A DNA stretch of 64,000 bases, taken from the IMG/VR virus record IMGVR_UViG_3300032236_001645, positions 15,751 through 79,750 of that record. One strand, given 5' to 3'. The notes beneath the pieces were generated by a model. That model ran no database searches. It was given only the letters and a program-made list of their open reading frames with translations, and had not been told where the DNA came from. This DNA comes from a virus. Position numbers and translations under genes: made by a program. Positions 9,135-19,252 of this stretch are shown here, piece after piece (the stretch's first letter is position 1; each line of letters starts with the position of its first letter).

Positions 9135-10769
9135 TTAAGGATAATGTATTAAATTACCTGTGGCACAATCATACCATCCCCCAATTAAACCATGATCAAT
9201 ATATACGATATGTGTAAATACGTTACTTGTTCCAAGTGCCGCCGCCCAATAGTGACCCTCATTTGCAATTATTGGTAAAGAAGTAACCGGTGTACCATCT
9301 GTACTTCCACTATATAATGCGTTGTATGCAACACCTGGTGTTGGTGTTGTACCTGTAACACTAACATCAAAATAAACACCATAGACTGTGTTTCCCGTAT
9401 ATGAATATGCTTGGTAAATGTTTTTGTTACACAAATTAGTTTTATAATCATTTACGGAAGTAAATCCGGTAACATTCGCAATTGTCATATGTGCGGTACG
9501 ATAAGTTGCTCCCCTATAATGTGTCGGATCTTGTCCACAGTTTAATGCATATGGAGCTACACTCTTACTACCTTCAATAGTTCCGTTAGGATCAGTTAAT
9601 AATAAATCAATAACTGTATAATAGAAAAATCCTGCAGGTGGAGATCCAGGTAAACCATTTGAACCACCTCTAAACAAATCACCTCTTTGTATTGAATTGT
9701 TTAAAAATGCATTCTTTGAATAGTGATAAATATTAAGTGAAGGATCTTCATCACATCTAGTCATTTTTAACCAATAATATACGGTTGTTGGTGTTGGTGT
9801 TGGTGTCGGAGTTGGAGTTTGAGTTGTTAGAATAGTTGCTCGTGTTGGTGTAGGTGTAGGTGTTTGAGGGCAATTTAAATTTGGTATAGATGGTGGTGCC
9901 ATAGCACCTCCTCTTTCAAAAAAAACAACAGGATTATTTATTGTTCCAACTTTTTTACCTTTAGTTCCCTTATATAAATAAACTTTATATGTGTGATATA
10001 TTTTATCAATATCAATTTGATAATACATATCATTACTCTCATTAATACCTATTGTATTTGTATAAACACTTGTATATGATGTATTTGTAAAATCTGTTAT
10101 ACTTCCATCTTCAGCGTTGTAAAATTTAGCAGTCATGAAGAAAGTATTACCAGTTGTTGTTCCACTTAAATTACTATTTTCTAAAACACTTTCATCTTCA
10201 AACCAATAGAAATACATATTTTCTTTTTTCTCGTAATTTGAACCTTTGAAAATTGGTAAATGTATGTATCCATTTAATGGTTGATAAAAATATTTTTCTC
10301 CATTGGGTAATGATAAATTTTTTGCAAAAATTAATTTTCTATTTGTTCTTGTAGGTGGTTGGTATCCTATTACATTACCATTTATATCTGTTATATTTGG
10401 TGTTTTAAAAAATTCTAATCTAAAGAAACTTTTAGTTACTTGTTTTAACATATGTTCATTTTCCGTGTAACTTAATCCAGTAGGATTATAATCCGTAACA
10501 TATGTTCCTCCTGTGCTAATAAAATAAAAATAAAACCATATGTCTGTTTGTGATAAATTTTCACTTTCTAATATGTTACAATCAACAAACATAGAGTAAG
10601 GTTCATGAATATACCTTATTGTTTCATAATTAATAATTGGATTAATGATATCAATTAACGCTTCTTCTTCATATTGAACCAAATTTTCTTCCCAACCAAG
10701 ATTAGTTTGGAAATCAGTTTCAGCATTTAATATTAAATTAATATCTTGATTTGTTCTTATGATTTCCAT
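9135..10769 (-). CDS. Probable tail/baseplate protein with Thr/Pro linker and variable C-terminal domain (544 aa)
   Basis: Coupled to the upstream gene by a TAATG overlap; TPTPTP linker. Confidence 0.6.
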   Translation of the reverse strand: MEIIRTNQDINLILNAETDFQTNLGWEENLVQYEEEALIDIINPIINYETIRYIHEPYSMFVDCNILESENLSQTDIWFYFYFISTGGTYVTDYNPTGLSYTENEHMLKQVTKSFFRLEFFKTPNITDINGNVIGYQPPTRTNRKLIFAKNLSLPNGEKYFYQPLNGYIHLPIFKGSNYEKKENMYFYWFEDESVLENSNLSGTTTGNTFFMTAKFYNAEDGSITDFTNTSYTSVYTNTIGINESNDMYYQIDIDKIYHTYKVYLYKGTKGKKVGTINNPVVFFERGGAMAPPSIPNLNCPQTPTPTPTRATILTTQTPTPTPTPTPTTVYYWLKMTRCDEDPSLNIYHYSKNAFLNNSIQRGDLFRGGSNGLPGSPPAGFFYYTVIDLLLTDPNGTIEGSKSVAPYALNCGQDPTHYRGATYRTAHMTIANVTGFTSVNDYKTNLCNKNIYQAYSYTGNTVYGVYFDVSVTGTTPTPGVAYNALYSGSTDGTPVTSLPIIANEGHYWAAALGTSNVFTHIVYIDHGLIGGWYDCATGNLIHYP

Positions 10770-12598
10770 TAACAGTTTAGTAAATTTTTATTTCTATTAT
10801 TATTTTTATCATTAAAGTCTATTACTCCATCTTGTTTGTTTGTAAAATACATTTCATTTCTTAAATAAAAATTAATATCGGCTTTAACATAATGATTACC
10901 ATTTACAAACGGAAAATTTGTACCATATCCTTCTGTATCAACAAATCCATGATCATATAAATCTCTCCATCTCCAAACATTTTCATCTGTATAATACTTC
11001 GCATTTTCAGGTAAATTATAAATGTCTTTAACTTTAGACACTTCAATATATGGTGACAATTGTCTTAACATTATTTTATGATGTGCCTTATAATATAATC
11101 CAACAGGATTTGTTATACTTGCACCACTAAATAAAGTTCCATCAGGAAATGAAATAGGTGAACTTGTTTGTCCATAATCAATTATACCTGTACTTTGTGT
11201 TATTTTATGGAAGGTTTCACTAATTGTTCTTTCTTTTAATTCCCTTGGATTGTATTCAATGTAATCACCAATTAATGTTGTACCTGTTGTTATACCTGTA
11301 CCGCCAGTAAATGTTTCAAAACCACTTTCAGGAACATTTGGTGAAAAAGTGTATGTAAATCCTGTCATGTTTTTTTCTATGGATGTTGAACCATCAAAAA
11401 CATTATCAATCCACGTATCATGAAAATTAAATTTATATCCTATTTTAGATGGATAATTAAATAAACCATTACCGTTTCTAAAAATTGTTGTAACATAAAC
11501 TTCCGTTGGTGTAATATTAAAATTATTTGTTATTCCACTTAATTGAAATGGTTTTTTAAAATCATATAAAACCGATTCCATTCTATTTCTTTCAACTAAC
11601 ACATCATTTACTCCTGCACTGTTTTCAAATAATAATTTTTTCTCATCTTCAAATATTGGATTTTCAAAACCAATGGTATCCATAATATACCCATGACTAT
11701 CAGTTAATGTTTTATGTTTATGTACATAATATTGTGAAGTTGTTCCACTTATATTTGTATAATCTAAACATCTTTTACCAGTTAATAATGTTGAAAATGT
11801 TACACCACTTGGTATTTGTGTTTTTAAAATATTAATGACATATTTTTCTGAATTAAAAACTTCATTACCAACTGACGCAATTTGAAAAGTTCTACCTGAT
11901 ACTGTTGTACTTGTTAATGTACTACCTGATAAAGTAACAAATTCACCTTCATTCATTCCGTGTTCTACAGGACTTGTTAATTCATAATATGTTGCACCTG
12001 TTTCAACTAAACCAAACGATACTCTAAATGGAATTCCGTCACCAGAAGTGAATGACATTTGTGTGTTTCCCGTTAAAGTGTATTTCATCGGGTATGTGGC
12101 ATCGGAACCACTAACGTATGTTAAATATAAATTCCAATTTGTATATGGAGCTTCTATTGGTGAAATGTTTTTATGTTTACTATAACCAGTTGTAGATGAA
12201 GTATATCCATTAAAATCTGTTAAACTACCTGATTGTGGTATAGTAATTTGTCTATATACATCTTTTCTTAAAAACGCAAATTCATCATATGGAACATAAC
12301 CATTAAAATTATAATCACTACCATCACCAACTAAAAATAACTTTTCTTCAAGTGCAGTATAATCTGCTGTACCTTCAAAAAGATTACGAAATATCATTCT
12401 TATCTTACCGTATATTTTATAATTGACACTTTCATTTCTTTCTTTGTCATATAACTGATCAATATCAAGAACAATATCTCTATCACCAATTCTCATTAAT
12501 GATTCAGAAGTGTCCAAACTAAGTGGCATGTTCAAATCAGAATCATTCGCCTTTGCGTATTCTTTACTTGGTAATAATATTTGTTTGTTTTCTTCCAC
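10769..12598 (-). CDS. Probable baseplate/tail structural protein (609 aa)
   Basis: Long ORF in the operon downstream of the gp25/gp6-like genes. Confidence 0.55.
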   Translation of the reverse strand: MEENKQILLPSKEYAKANDSDLNMPLSLDTSESLMRIGDRDIVLDIDQLYDKERNESVNYKIYGKIRMIFRNLFEGTADYTALEEKLFLVGDGSDYNFNGYVPYDEFAFLRKDVYRQITIPQSGSLTDFNGYTSSTTGYSKHKNISPIEAPYTNWNLYLTYVSGSDATYPMKYTLTGNTQMSFTSGDGIPFRVSFGLVETGATYYELTSPVEHGMNEGEFVTLSGSTLTSTTVSGRTFQIASVGNEVFNSEKYVINILKTQIPSGVTFSTLLTGKRCLDYTNISGTTSQYYVHKHKTLTDSHGYIMDTIGFENPIFEDEKKLLFENSAGVNDVLVERNRMESVLYDFKKPFQLSGITNNFNITPTEVYVTTIFRNGNGLFNYPSKIGYKFNFHDTWIDNVFDGSTSIEKNMTGFTYTFSPNVPESGFETFTGGTGITTGTTLIGDYIEYNPRELKERTISETFHKITQSTGIIDYGQTSSPISFPDGTLFSGASITNPVGLYYKAHHKIMLRQLSPYIEVSKVKDIYNLPENAKYYTDENVWRWRDLYDHGFVDTEGYGTNFPFVNGNHYVKADINFYLRNEMYFTNKQDGVIDFNDKNNNRNKNLLNC

Positions 12599-12612
12599 TT
12601 TTTATATTTTTA

Positions 12613-15600
12613 TTAAGTAGTTGTTGGTGATGGTGTATTAGTTGGTGTTGGTGTTACATTTGGCGTTGGTGTTGGTGTTGTTGTTCCTTGCATGGTTGGT
12701 GTTGGTGTTGGTGAAACTCCTATAGAACTATATTCCAAATATGTATAAACTTCAGTTGGTTCAACAAACGCACCCTTAGGTCCGAACGCATCAATAAATT
12801 TATCCAAACCAGTTTTACCATGTCTTAAACCAAAATAAAATTGGAATGGTGTTGATAATATTTGTTTAGTAACTCCACTATAATAATCCATTCTTTGTGG
12901 TAAAATAAAATCAACATTATTATCCCAATAGATTGATTGCCAACCTGTCGCACCTGACATAGGATCTGATGTATCATTACCTGCGGGACCGACTCTTATA
13001 AACAATCTACCTGAGGTTGGTGAGGTTTGTGTTCCACCAGTAACATACAAATATGTAAATCCAGGGTATTCTGAATTATGTGCAGTATATCCACTACTTA
13101 TTGATATAACATCAAATTCAAGCACATCGGTTAAATTAAGATTATTAATTGTAATACCACTAAAATCATCTGTAAATGGTAATAACAAATATTTGTCACT
13201 ATCATCATCATACATTCCATTATAAGTATACCCATAAGTTGTGCCTGATATATATGTTGTCATACCTTGTAATGGTTGTACTCTTATTGTACTAAAATCC
13301 CAAGATTGATCATCGGATGTTGCTGCGGATGTTCCACCAAACCCAGTACCTTTTTTATCCCAATAAAAAAATGGTACAGGTTGTGATGATTCTGTTAATC
13401 TACCTTGAACAAGGTTTCCATAATAATCATAATGTGTTGGTTCATTTAAACAAGATCTAACTCTATCACCGTCATGACTTAATTCAAATGTTACAGGTAA
13501 AGGACCCCAATAACCTGAAGTGCCACCTGAATAATTCTTTTTGAAAAATTGGGGATAAAATGTTGGATCTAAATATTCAAAATCATAACCAACATATTTT
13601 GGACTTTGTAAATCAAATTCTTCAATACCAGTTTCACAGTTAATTGAAATTGATTGTAATAAATCACCATCAAAAACATTTTCAAATCCGGCAGATTTAA
13701 AACTACCACCATTTGTAAAAAAGTCATCTAAACCAAAACTAAGATCAGATTGCATTCTATAATTAATTGCTAATCCCAATAATTCACCAAAATTTTGATG
13801 TGATGTTGGTCCAATTGATCGAGATACTGAACAGTTCGGATCTAAAGATTCGTCAATACAAATTTCTTTAATGAATTCATCTCTCGGTCCTAAGTCGACA
13901 AATGTTGTTGGATGTGTAATACCAAGAAAAGTATTTGTTGTTGCATTGAATGGTGCCGATCTATAATAAAATCTACTTTGTCCATCAACATATCTAACAA
14001 GATCTCTACAGTATTTAATTAAATTTTCAGCTCCTTTAGTTATTCTTCTAACTTTAAATTGGAAAAAATATAATGAACCTGAAAGCCAGTTATCTATAAA
14101 TCCATAATTAACAATACCACCACAAAACATTTTACCAACTCTTTTTCTTCTATAATATTCTAATAAAATTCCATTTAATCTTCCGCTACTTTGAGTACCT
14201 GGTACAATATAGTAAACACCATTTCTAAATTCACTCATAGGATTACCATTCGGCAAACCAAATTTGTATTGAGAACAGTTAATTTTTCTAACGTCTTTCA
14301 TATCCGTAAATGCGGTATTTGTTCCACTACCATAAATTGCGGTTGAAATTAATTTACCATCAATATTAGGGTCATATGTTGCTACGTATCTTCTAAAAGG
14401 TTGTCCACGTTCGGTTATTACAGTTTGATATACATCCGTTGTATGACAACTAACTGGTGGATATACACCAGTTGCTGATTCAACATAATATCCATGAATA
14501 AGACTTGTATCGTAAACTTTATCATACATATCACAACCTGATTCTGTATTAGTGGTACTACCAGTATTACTACTATTAATAGAATTAGGATCAATTATTT
14601 TAACAGTATAAGTTGTATTAGTATCAGTAAAATATTTCTGTCCATCAAGAAAATAATAATTACCACTATAATTAAAAACCGCAACTGATTGATCATCATA
14701 CGCACCATTGTTAAGATACATAAATGAATTATTAAGATTTACAACGGCATATACATCCTGTCTAGCAATTAAATCGTGTATATCAGTAATAGTTGTACCA
14801 GTTGCACCACAATCTGTATCGTTATATATAGTGAAATTACTTATCTGTTTTAATGAATTGGTACTTCCCGTAATCTGAAAAGTTGCCATAATACAACTTA
14901 TACCTCCACCACTTATACCTACCGGTTGACTTTCCGATGAACATTCGCTACAATCTGGATAATTTATTAAACTTAGTTTTGTTGTATTTTCTCTTTGTAC
15001 TGAACTTAACCAGTTTTGTAATTGATGTCCCATTTGATTTGCCCAACCAATATTTGTACCTTCTAAAAAATCACCAATACCACCCAAAAGAAAAATCATT
15101 GTATTTAAAAACATTAATGTAAGCCATTTAAATACAAAATCTAAAATCAATAAAAAATCAGCAATTAATAATGTAAATGTATAATTTTTTGTTGCAAAAT
15201 TTACCGGTGGAATTAAATTATCACAATCTTCTTCTTCAGGTGGAACCAATTCTTTTAACCCAACATATTGATTTTTACCAAATAATGTTGCTCCGATTGC
15301 TGCACCTGCGGGACCACCAACCGCACCACCTATAAGTGCACCTGTGTAATCTTGTTTAATGTAATGACTTTGAAATGAAGAAAGAGTATATACTTTATTA
15401 TAATTAAATCTATAGAAATAATCTTTAGGATAATATTCTCCATTTTCAGAATATAAAATACCTTTACTTGAATCATTACTTACTGCCGGTATTGGATAAT
15501 CATTCCAATCAGTAGAAAAGGCATAAGATTTGTCATCTATTGTTGAACCTGAAATGTATTCTCTAATATTTGGAATTAAGTAATCAGCATTAGCACGAAC

Positions 15601-16713
15601 TCTTGATAAACCATTATCATCAATATTAATTCTAATACGATAACACGCAGATGTTGCAATACCTTTATTCGGATCATTTGTAATTACAATGTCACCAAAC
15701 TCATCGGTATAAACATAATCCATGTTCATAGGTAATGGCATCATAAAACCACCATCTTCTGATATATCTTCATGTAAATCATATTCTTCTAAATAAGGTC
15801 TGTGGTTTTCATCTTTTTGTGGGGTAAATCTTATCGCCTCAATCTTTGCGGATTTTGTTACTAAATCACATTTTCTACCCATTTTCTTTCTTGGTGTACA
15901 GTTTTTATTAACTGAATTTTTACCATTATCAGTAAAAACACCACCAATCAAATATGCTTTAGGTTCTATTTTAACACCTTTATCAGATAAGTCAAAGTCT
16001 GCTCTACTAATACCAATTTCACAATAATCTTCACTTCCCCAAAATGGATAAACTTCAATTGATTTATCAAATGTAACAATTTGAGGTAACGAAGTTAAAT
16101 CTTCAGATGCTTTAAATTTATATTTGTTTTTAAAATTATCAACTCCTTTACCTTGTCTTATAAAATCGTAAGGTCTTAATGAAAAACAACCAATATCAGA
16201 TAAGTCAACATCTACGTGTAAAGTTTGTGTACCCAATGGAACTCCCCAAATCATAAAGTCACCCGCCATATTAGTTTTAACGGTATATGTGTAATAATTT
16301 TCATATACTTCTAATATCGCTTCTTGAGTTAAAATATCTTCCTGATCAGGAAAAGTACCTGTTGGTTGATGTCCACTATGTTGTTGTCTTTTTGGTAATA
16401 AATTGTAACGATAATTGTTATCGTCTTTGTCTGAAATTGTCTTATATGGGTATAAACTTGAAATTACGGGATCATTAATATGTTCCTCCTTTAGGGGTAC
16501 AAAAATAGAAACCCTTGCATTTGGAACACCAAAACCATTGTTTACTGAAATTCTTCCACAAACCACCCCGTAATCCGCACAAAATGATGAATATGTCTGT
16601 TGTTGACTAAATTTTAGAGATAAGATTTCTAATAAGTCAAAATCTTGTTTTAACTCAACTTTAATAAGTTGATCTTTACCAATCTCCGTTGAAATTCTGT
16701 GTTTTTGTACCAT
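12613..16713 (-). CDS. Large baseplate-associated protein (1366 aa): N-terminal carboxypeptidase-regulatory-like beta domain, glycine zipper plus hydrophobic segment, Thr/Pro tail
   Basis: YGVVCGRISVNNGFGVPNARVSIF; GALIGGAVGGPAGAAIGA; LLIADFLLILDFVFKWLTLMFLNTMIFLLGG; position after the gp6-like gene. Confidence 0.55.
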   Translation of the reverse strand: MVQKHRISTEIGKDQLIKVELKQDFDLLEILSLKFSQQQTYSSFCADYGVVCGRISVNNGFGVPNARVSIFVPLKEEHINDPVISSLYPYKTISDKDDNNYRYNLLPKRQQHSGHQPTGTFPDQEDILTQEAILEVYENYYTYTVKTNMAGDFMIWGVPLGTQTLHVDVDLSDIGCFSLRPYDFIRQGKGVDNFKNKYKFKASEDLTSLPQIVTFDKSIEVYPFWGSEDYCEIGISRADFDLSDKGVKIEPKAYLIGGVFTDNGKNSVNKNCTPRKKMGRKCDLVTKSAKIEAIRFTPQKDENHRPYLEEYDLHEDISEDGGFMMPLPMNMDYVYTDEFGDIVITNDPNKGIATSACYRIRINIDDNGLSRVRANADYLIPNIREYISGSTIDDKSYAFSTDWNDYPIPAVSNDSSKGILYSENGEYYPKDYFYRFNYNKVYTLSSFQSHYIKQDYTGALIGGAVGGPAGAAIGATLFGKNQYVGLKELVPPEEEDCDNLIPPVNFATKNYTFTLLIADFLLILDFVFKWLTLMFLNTMIFLLGGIGDFLEGTNIGWANQMGHQLQNWLSSVQRENTTKLSLINYPDCSECSSESQPVGISGGGISCIMATFQITGSTNSLKQISNFTIYNDTDCGATGTTITDIHDLIARQDVYAVVNLNNSFMYLNNGAYDDQSVAVFNYSGNYYFLDGQKYFTDTNTTYTVKIIDPNSINSSNTGSTTNTESGCDMYDKVYDTSLIHGYYVESATGVYPPVSCHTTDVYQTVITERGQPFRRYVATYDPNIDGKLISTAIYGSGTNTAFTDMKDVRKINCSQYKFGLPNGNPMSEFRNGVYYIVPGTQSSGRLNGILLEYYRRKRVGKMFCGGIVNYGFIDNWLSGSLYFFQFKVRRITKGAENLIKYCRDLVRYVDGQSRFYYRSAPFNATTNTFLGITHPTTFVDLGPRDEFIKEICIDESLDPNCSVSRSIGPTSHQNFGELLGLAINYRMQSDLSFGLDDFFTNGGSFKSAGFENVFDGDLLQSISINCETGIEEFDLQSPKYVGYDFEYLDPTFYPQFFKKNYSGGTSGYWGPLPVTFELSHDGDRVRSCLNEPTHYDYYGNLVQGRLTESSQPVPFFYWDKKGTGFGGTSAATSDDQSWDFSTIRVQPLQGMTTYISGTTYGYTYNGMYDDDSDKYLLLPFTDDFSGITINNLNLTDVLEFDVISISSGYTAHNSEYPGFTYLYVTGGTQTSPTSGRLFIRVGPAGNDTSDPMSGATGWQSIYWDNNVDFILPQRMDYYSGVTKQILSTPFQFYFGLRHGKTGLDKFIDAFGPKGAFVEPTEVYTYLEYSSIGVSPTPTPTMQGTTTPTPTPNVTPTPTNTPSPTTT

Positions 16714-16767
16714 TCTTATAATAAATAGAAAAAATGAAATTTTCTACTATTATAAACTAAAAAACTT

Positions 16768-18600
16768 TTAGTATGTAGTCGTTCCTAATGATTTGGTTCT
16801 CACTAAAATATCAATATTCGGGAATCTAATTTGAAAAATTTGATTTGACTTCATATAAATGATATGATCCGATTGTTGTATTTCTTTTGTTGTACTATCA
16901 ACATATGGCATCACCGTTTCTGCGGACGAATATAATCCACCTATTTTATTGTAAACTCTAATATCTACCACATTAACGACACCAGGTATTGCTCCAATTG
17001 AATGGATTAAATCTCCAATAAACAATGGATCTCCCATTTTTCTTTTTGTCACATCAAAAAATTGAGTTGCTCCACTTATTGTTGATTTTATAACATCTGT
17101 TGGTTTTTCGTTTTTGTCAATAACCAAATCAATCTGTAATGATAAGTCTATTACCTCTCCTGTTGCAATATCAATATAATCATTAATCATTCTAAACTCA
17201 GAAAGATATTCTACAATATTACTAGCCAAAGTATTAGAAACCGTATCAGTTAAATTACCTTGATCGTCATAGGATAAAATTTTAATTCTAACTTTATTAT
17301 CTTCTTCCATGACGTTAACTTTTGCGGGCGCACCATATGTACCTGGCATTGTTTCAATTAATGATTTATAATCATTTAAAGTAACCGCTCTATCTTGTGC
17401 CGCAAAATTATAAGAAATCATATTTCTTAATTCTTCAATACTAGGTTGATCAGAACCACCTATTGCTGGTGTAACATTTACAACTCTTAAAGATTGTATA
17501 GTTTGTGTGTTCAAATTACTAACAGGACCGTTAACATTGAACTCAACATTCTCTACGCTGTTAATCACATTAACACCTAAGTTACTATCTTTACCACCAC
17601 CAACTCTATATTTTACAAACAATGTTGAATTACTCTTTGGTATTGCACCCAATGATGTATTATTAAGATAACTTGCCAAATTTACTTTCAAAGAATCTGT
17701 CATGTAGTTGTCTAAATTACTCATCGGATCAACATTACCTGAACCAAATGTTAATGAAATATAACCTTCAGGTGTGTATTCAGTTACAAACTTATTTGTA
17801 ACATTCATATATGTTCCTGATTTAAAATTATTTCTATCAGATACTGAAGTTGGATCCGGTACAAAAACTTTATCTTGAATTAATGAATTTACTTCGTACC
17901 ATTTATTTGTGGAACTCGCAAATTCTGAAGATGTTGGATTCGCACCATAGTTTGTACCATCTTTATGTATAACAGTTGTAACTCCTAAAACATCTTGTTC
18001 AGGTAGATATAATTTTAAAAATGGTTTCTGATCTAAATCTGTAATTACTCTTCTGTATATTCTTGTAACACCATTAACAACCGCTTCTCTTTTAGTAATT
18101 GTATATGATACTAATGTATTTGTTGCATCAAAATTTGGTATTTTTAATCTATTTGGTTCACCTTTACTATTAAATGGATTTGAAAAATCAATATCCTCTA
18201 CTGTTTCAAAAACTTGTCCGCCACCTGAAACTTGTGCTCCCGCTTTTAATATACCCAAATATCTTTCATCTTCCTTATCACCTCTTGGTATTACATTTAT
18301 TGAAAAATCACATAATGCAACTGAAGGACGATTACCTGGTATTTTCATACCATAGGTTTTTGCAATATGAAATAAAGATTGTCTTTGTTGAGCAAAATCT
18401 AAAATTGTTTCTTGCCAAACTCTATCAATATGGAAGTGTAAGTTATCCGCAACCGCAGCATTTAAATCTAACAATACTGAATAAATTGAGGCGTCATTTG
18501 TATTCTTGATTAAATCAGGGTAATATTGTGTTGTTAAATTAACTAACTCTTGTCTAAGTCCCGCAAAGTCTCTTGTTGCGTATGATATTTTTTTACTCAT
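16768..18600 (-). CDS. Baseplate wedge protein, T4 gp6 / baseplate J-like
   Basis: RDFAGLRQEL, AQQRQSL..IAKTYG, YRVGGG, GGSD..SIEELR, AQDRAVTLNDY motifs. Confidence 0.88.
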   Translation of the reverse strand: MSKKISYATRDFAGLRQELVNLTTQYYPDLIKNTNDASIYSVLLDLNAAVADNLHFHIDRVWQETILDFAQQRQSLFHIAKTYGMKIPGNRPSVALCDFSINVIPRGDKEDERYLGILKAGAQVSGGGQVFETVEDIDFSNPFNSKGEPNRLKIPNFDATNTLVSYTITKREAVVNGVTRIYRRVITDLDQKPFLKLYLPEQDVLGVTTVIHKDGTNYGANPTSSEFASSTNKWYEVNSLIQDKVFVPDPTSVSDRNNFKSGTYMNVTNKFVTEYTPEGYISLTFGSGNVDPMSNLDNYMTDSLKVNLASYLNNTSLGAIPKSNSTLFVKYRVGGGKDSNLGVNVINSVENVEFNVNGPVSNLNTQTIQSLRVVNVTPAIGGSDQPSIEELRNMISYNFAAQDRAVTLNDYKSLIETMPGTYGAPAKVNVMEEDNKVRIKILSYDDQGNLTDTVSNTLASNIVEYLSEFRMINDYIDIATGEVIDLSLQIDLVIDKNEKPTDVIKSTISGATQFFDVTKRKMGDPLFIGDLIHSIGAIPGVVNVVDIRVYNKIGGLYSSAETVMPYVDSTTKEIQQSDHIIYMKSNQIFQIRFPNIDILVRTKSLGTTTY

Positions 18601-18601
18601 T

Positions 18602-19054
18602 TTAAATGTTTAAGATTACAAAATCCGAAGATGTAAATGCTCCGTTATTGACATTATATTCTATTTTTACAACTGCAGTATATGGTTTAGCGGAATTATC
18701 TGAAATTCTAAAAAGTCGATTATCCTCATTTTCCGCAGGTGATCTAAATTGTGACGGATCATCTTCGGCAGACATTATATTAATTGATGTAATATCTAAA
18801 TTAGGAATGTATTTTTTAACCGATTCTCTAATTTCACTTTCAATTAAACCATAGGTTACCGCATCATTCTGATCAAAAATAAATTGATATAATCTAGTTC
18901 CAAAATCAGGTAAAAAGTACCTACTTCCTTTTCTTGTTAATAACAAGTGGATTAAATTTGCTCTAATCTCTCTTTCGGGAGTTGGAGTCATTTTTAGAAA
19001 TTTACCTTCTAAACTGTCACTAAACGGAAAATCTACACCGTATGATACTGCCAT
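18602..19054 (-). CDS. Baseplate wedge subunit, gp25/GPW-like
   Basis: NLIHLLLTRKGSRYFLPDFGTRLYQFIFDQ signature; adjacent to gp6-like gene. Confidence 0.9.
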   Translation of the reverse strand: MAVSYGVDFPFSDSLEGKFLKMTPTPEREIRANLIHLLLTRKGSRYFLPDFGTRLYQFIFDQNDAVTYGLIESEIRESVKKYIPNLDITSINIMSAEDDPSQFRSPAENEDNRLFRISDNSAKPYTAVVKIEYNVNNGAFTSSDFVILNI

Positions 19055-19084
19055 ATTGTATAAATATAATCAATAGTAAAATGG

Positions 19085-19252
19085 TTATGTATCTTCTTCT
19101 GTATTTGTATTTCCTTTTTGATGTGGGGGTAGATATGGACATTCAGAACATTTATTACCACAACAATAACCTCTCTTTAACAAAAAAAGAGAAGTCAGAA
19201 CCATAAGTCCTGACTCCTCATCTATTGTATAATCAACACCCTCTATTAACAT
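19085..19252 (-). CDS. Small Cys-rich protein, DUF5522-like (55 aa), not in ORF track
   Basis: MLIEGVDYTIDEESGLMVLTSLFLLKRGYCCGNKCSECPYLPPHQKGNTNTEEDT; ATG overlaps the RNR stop (TAATG). Confidence 0.75.
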   Translation of the reverse strand: MLIEGVDYTIDEESGLMVLTSLFLLKRGYCCGNKCSECPYLPPHQKGNTNTEEDT

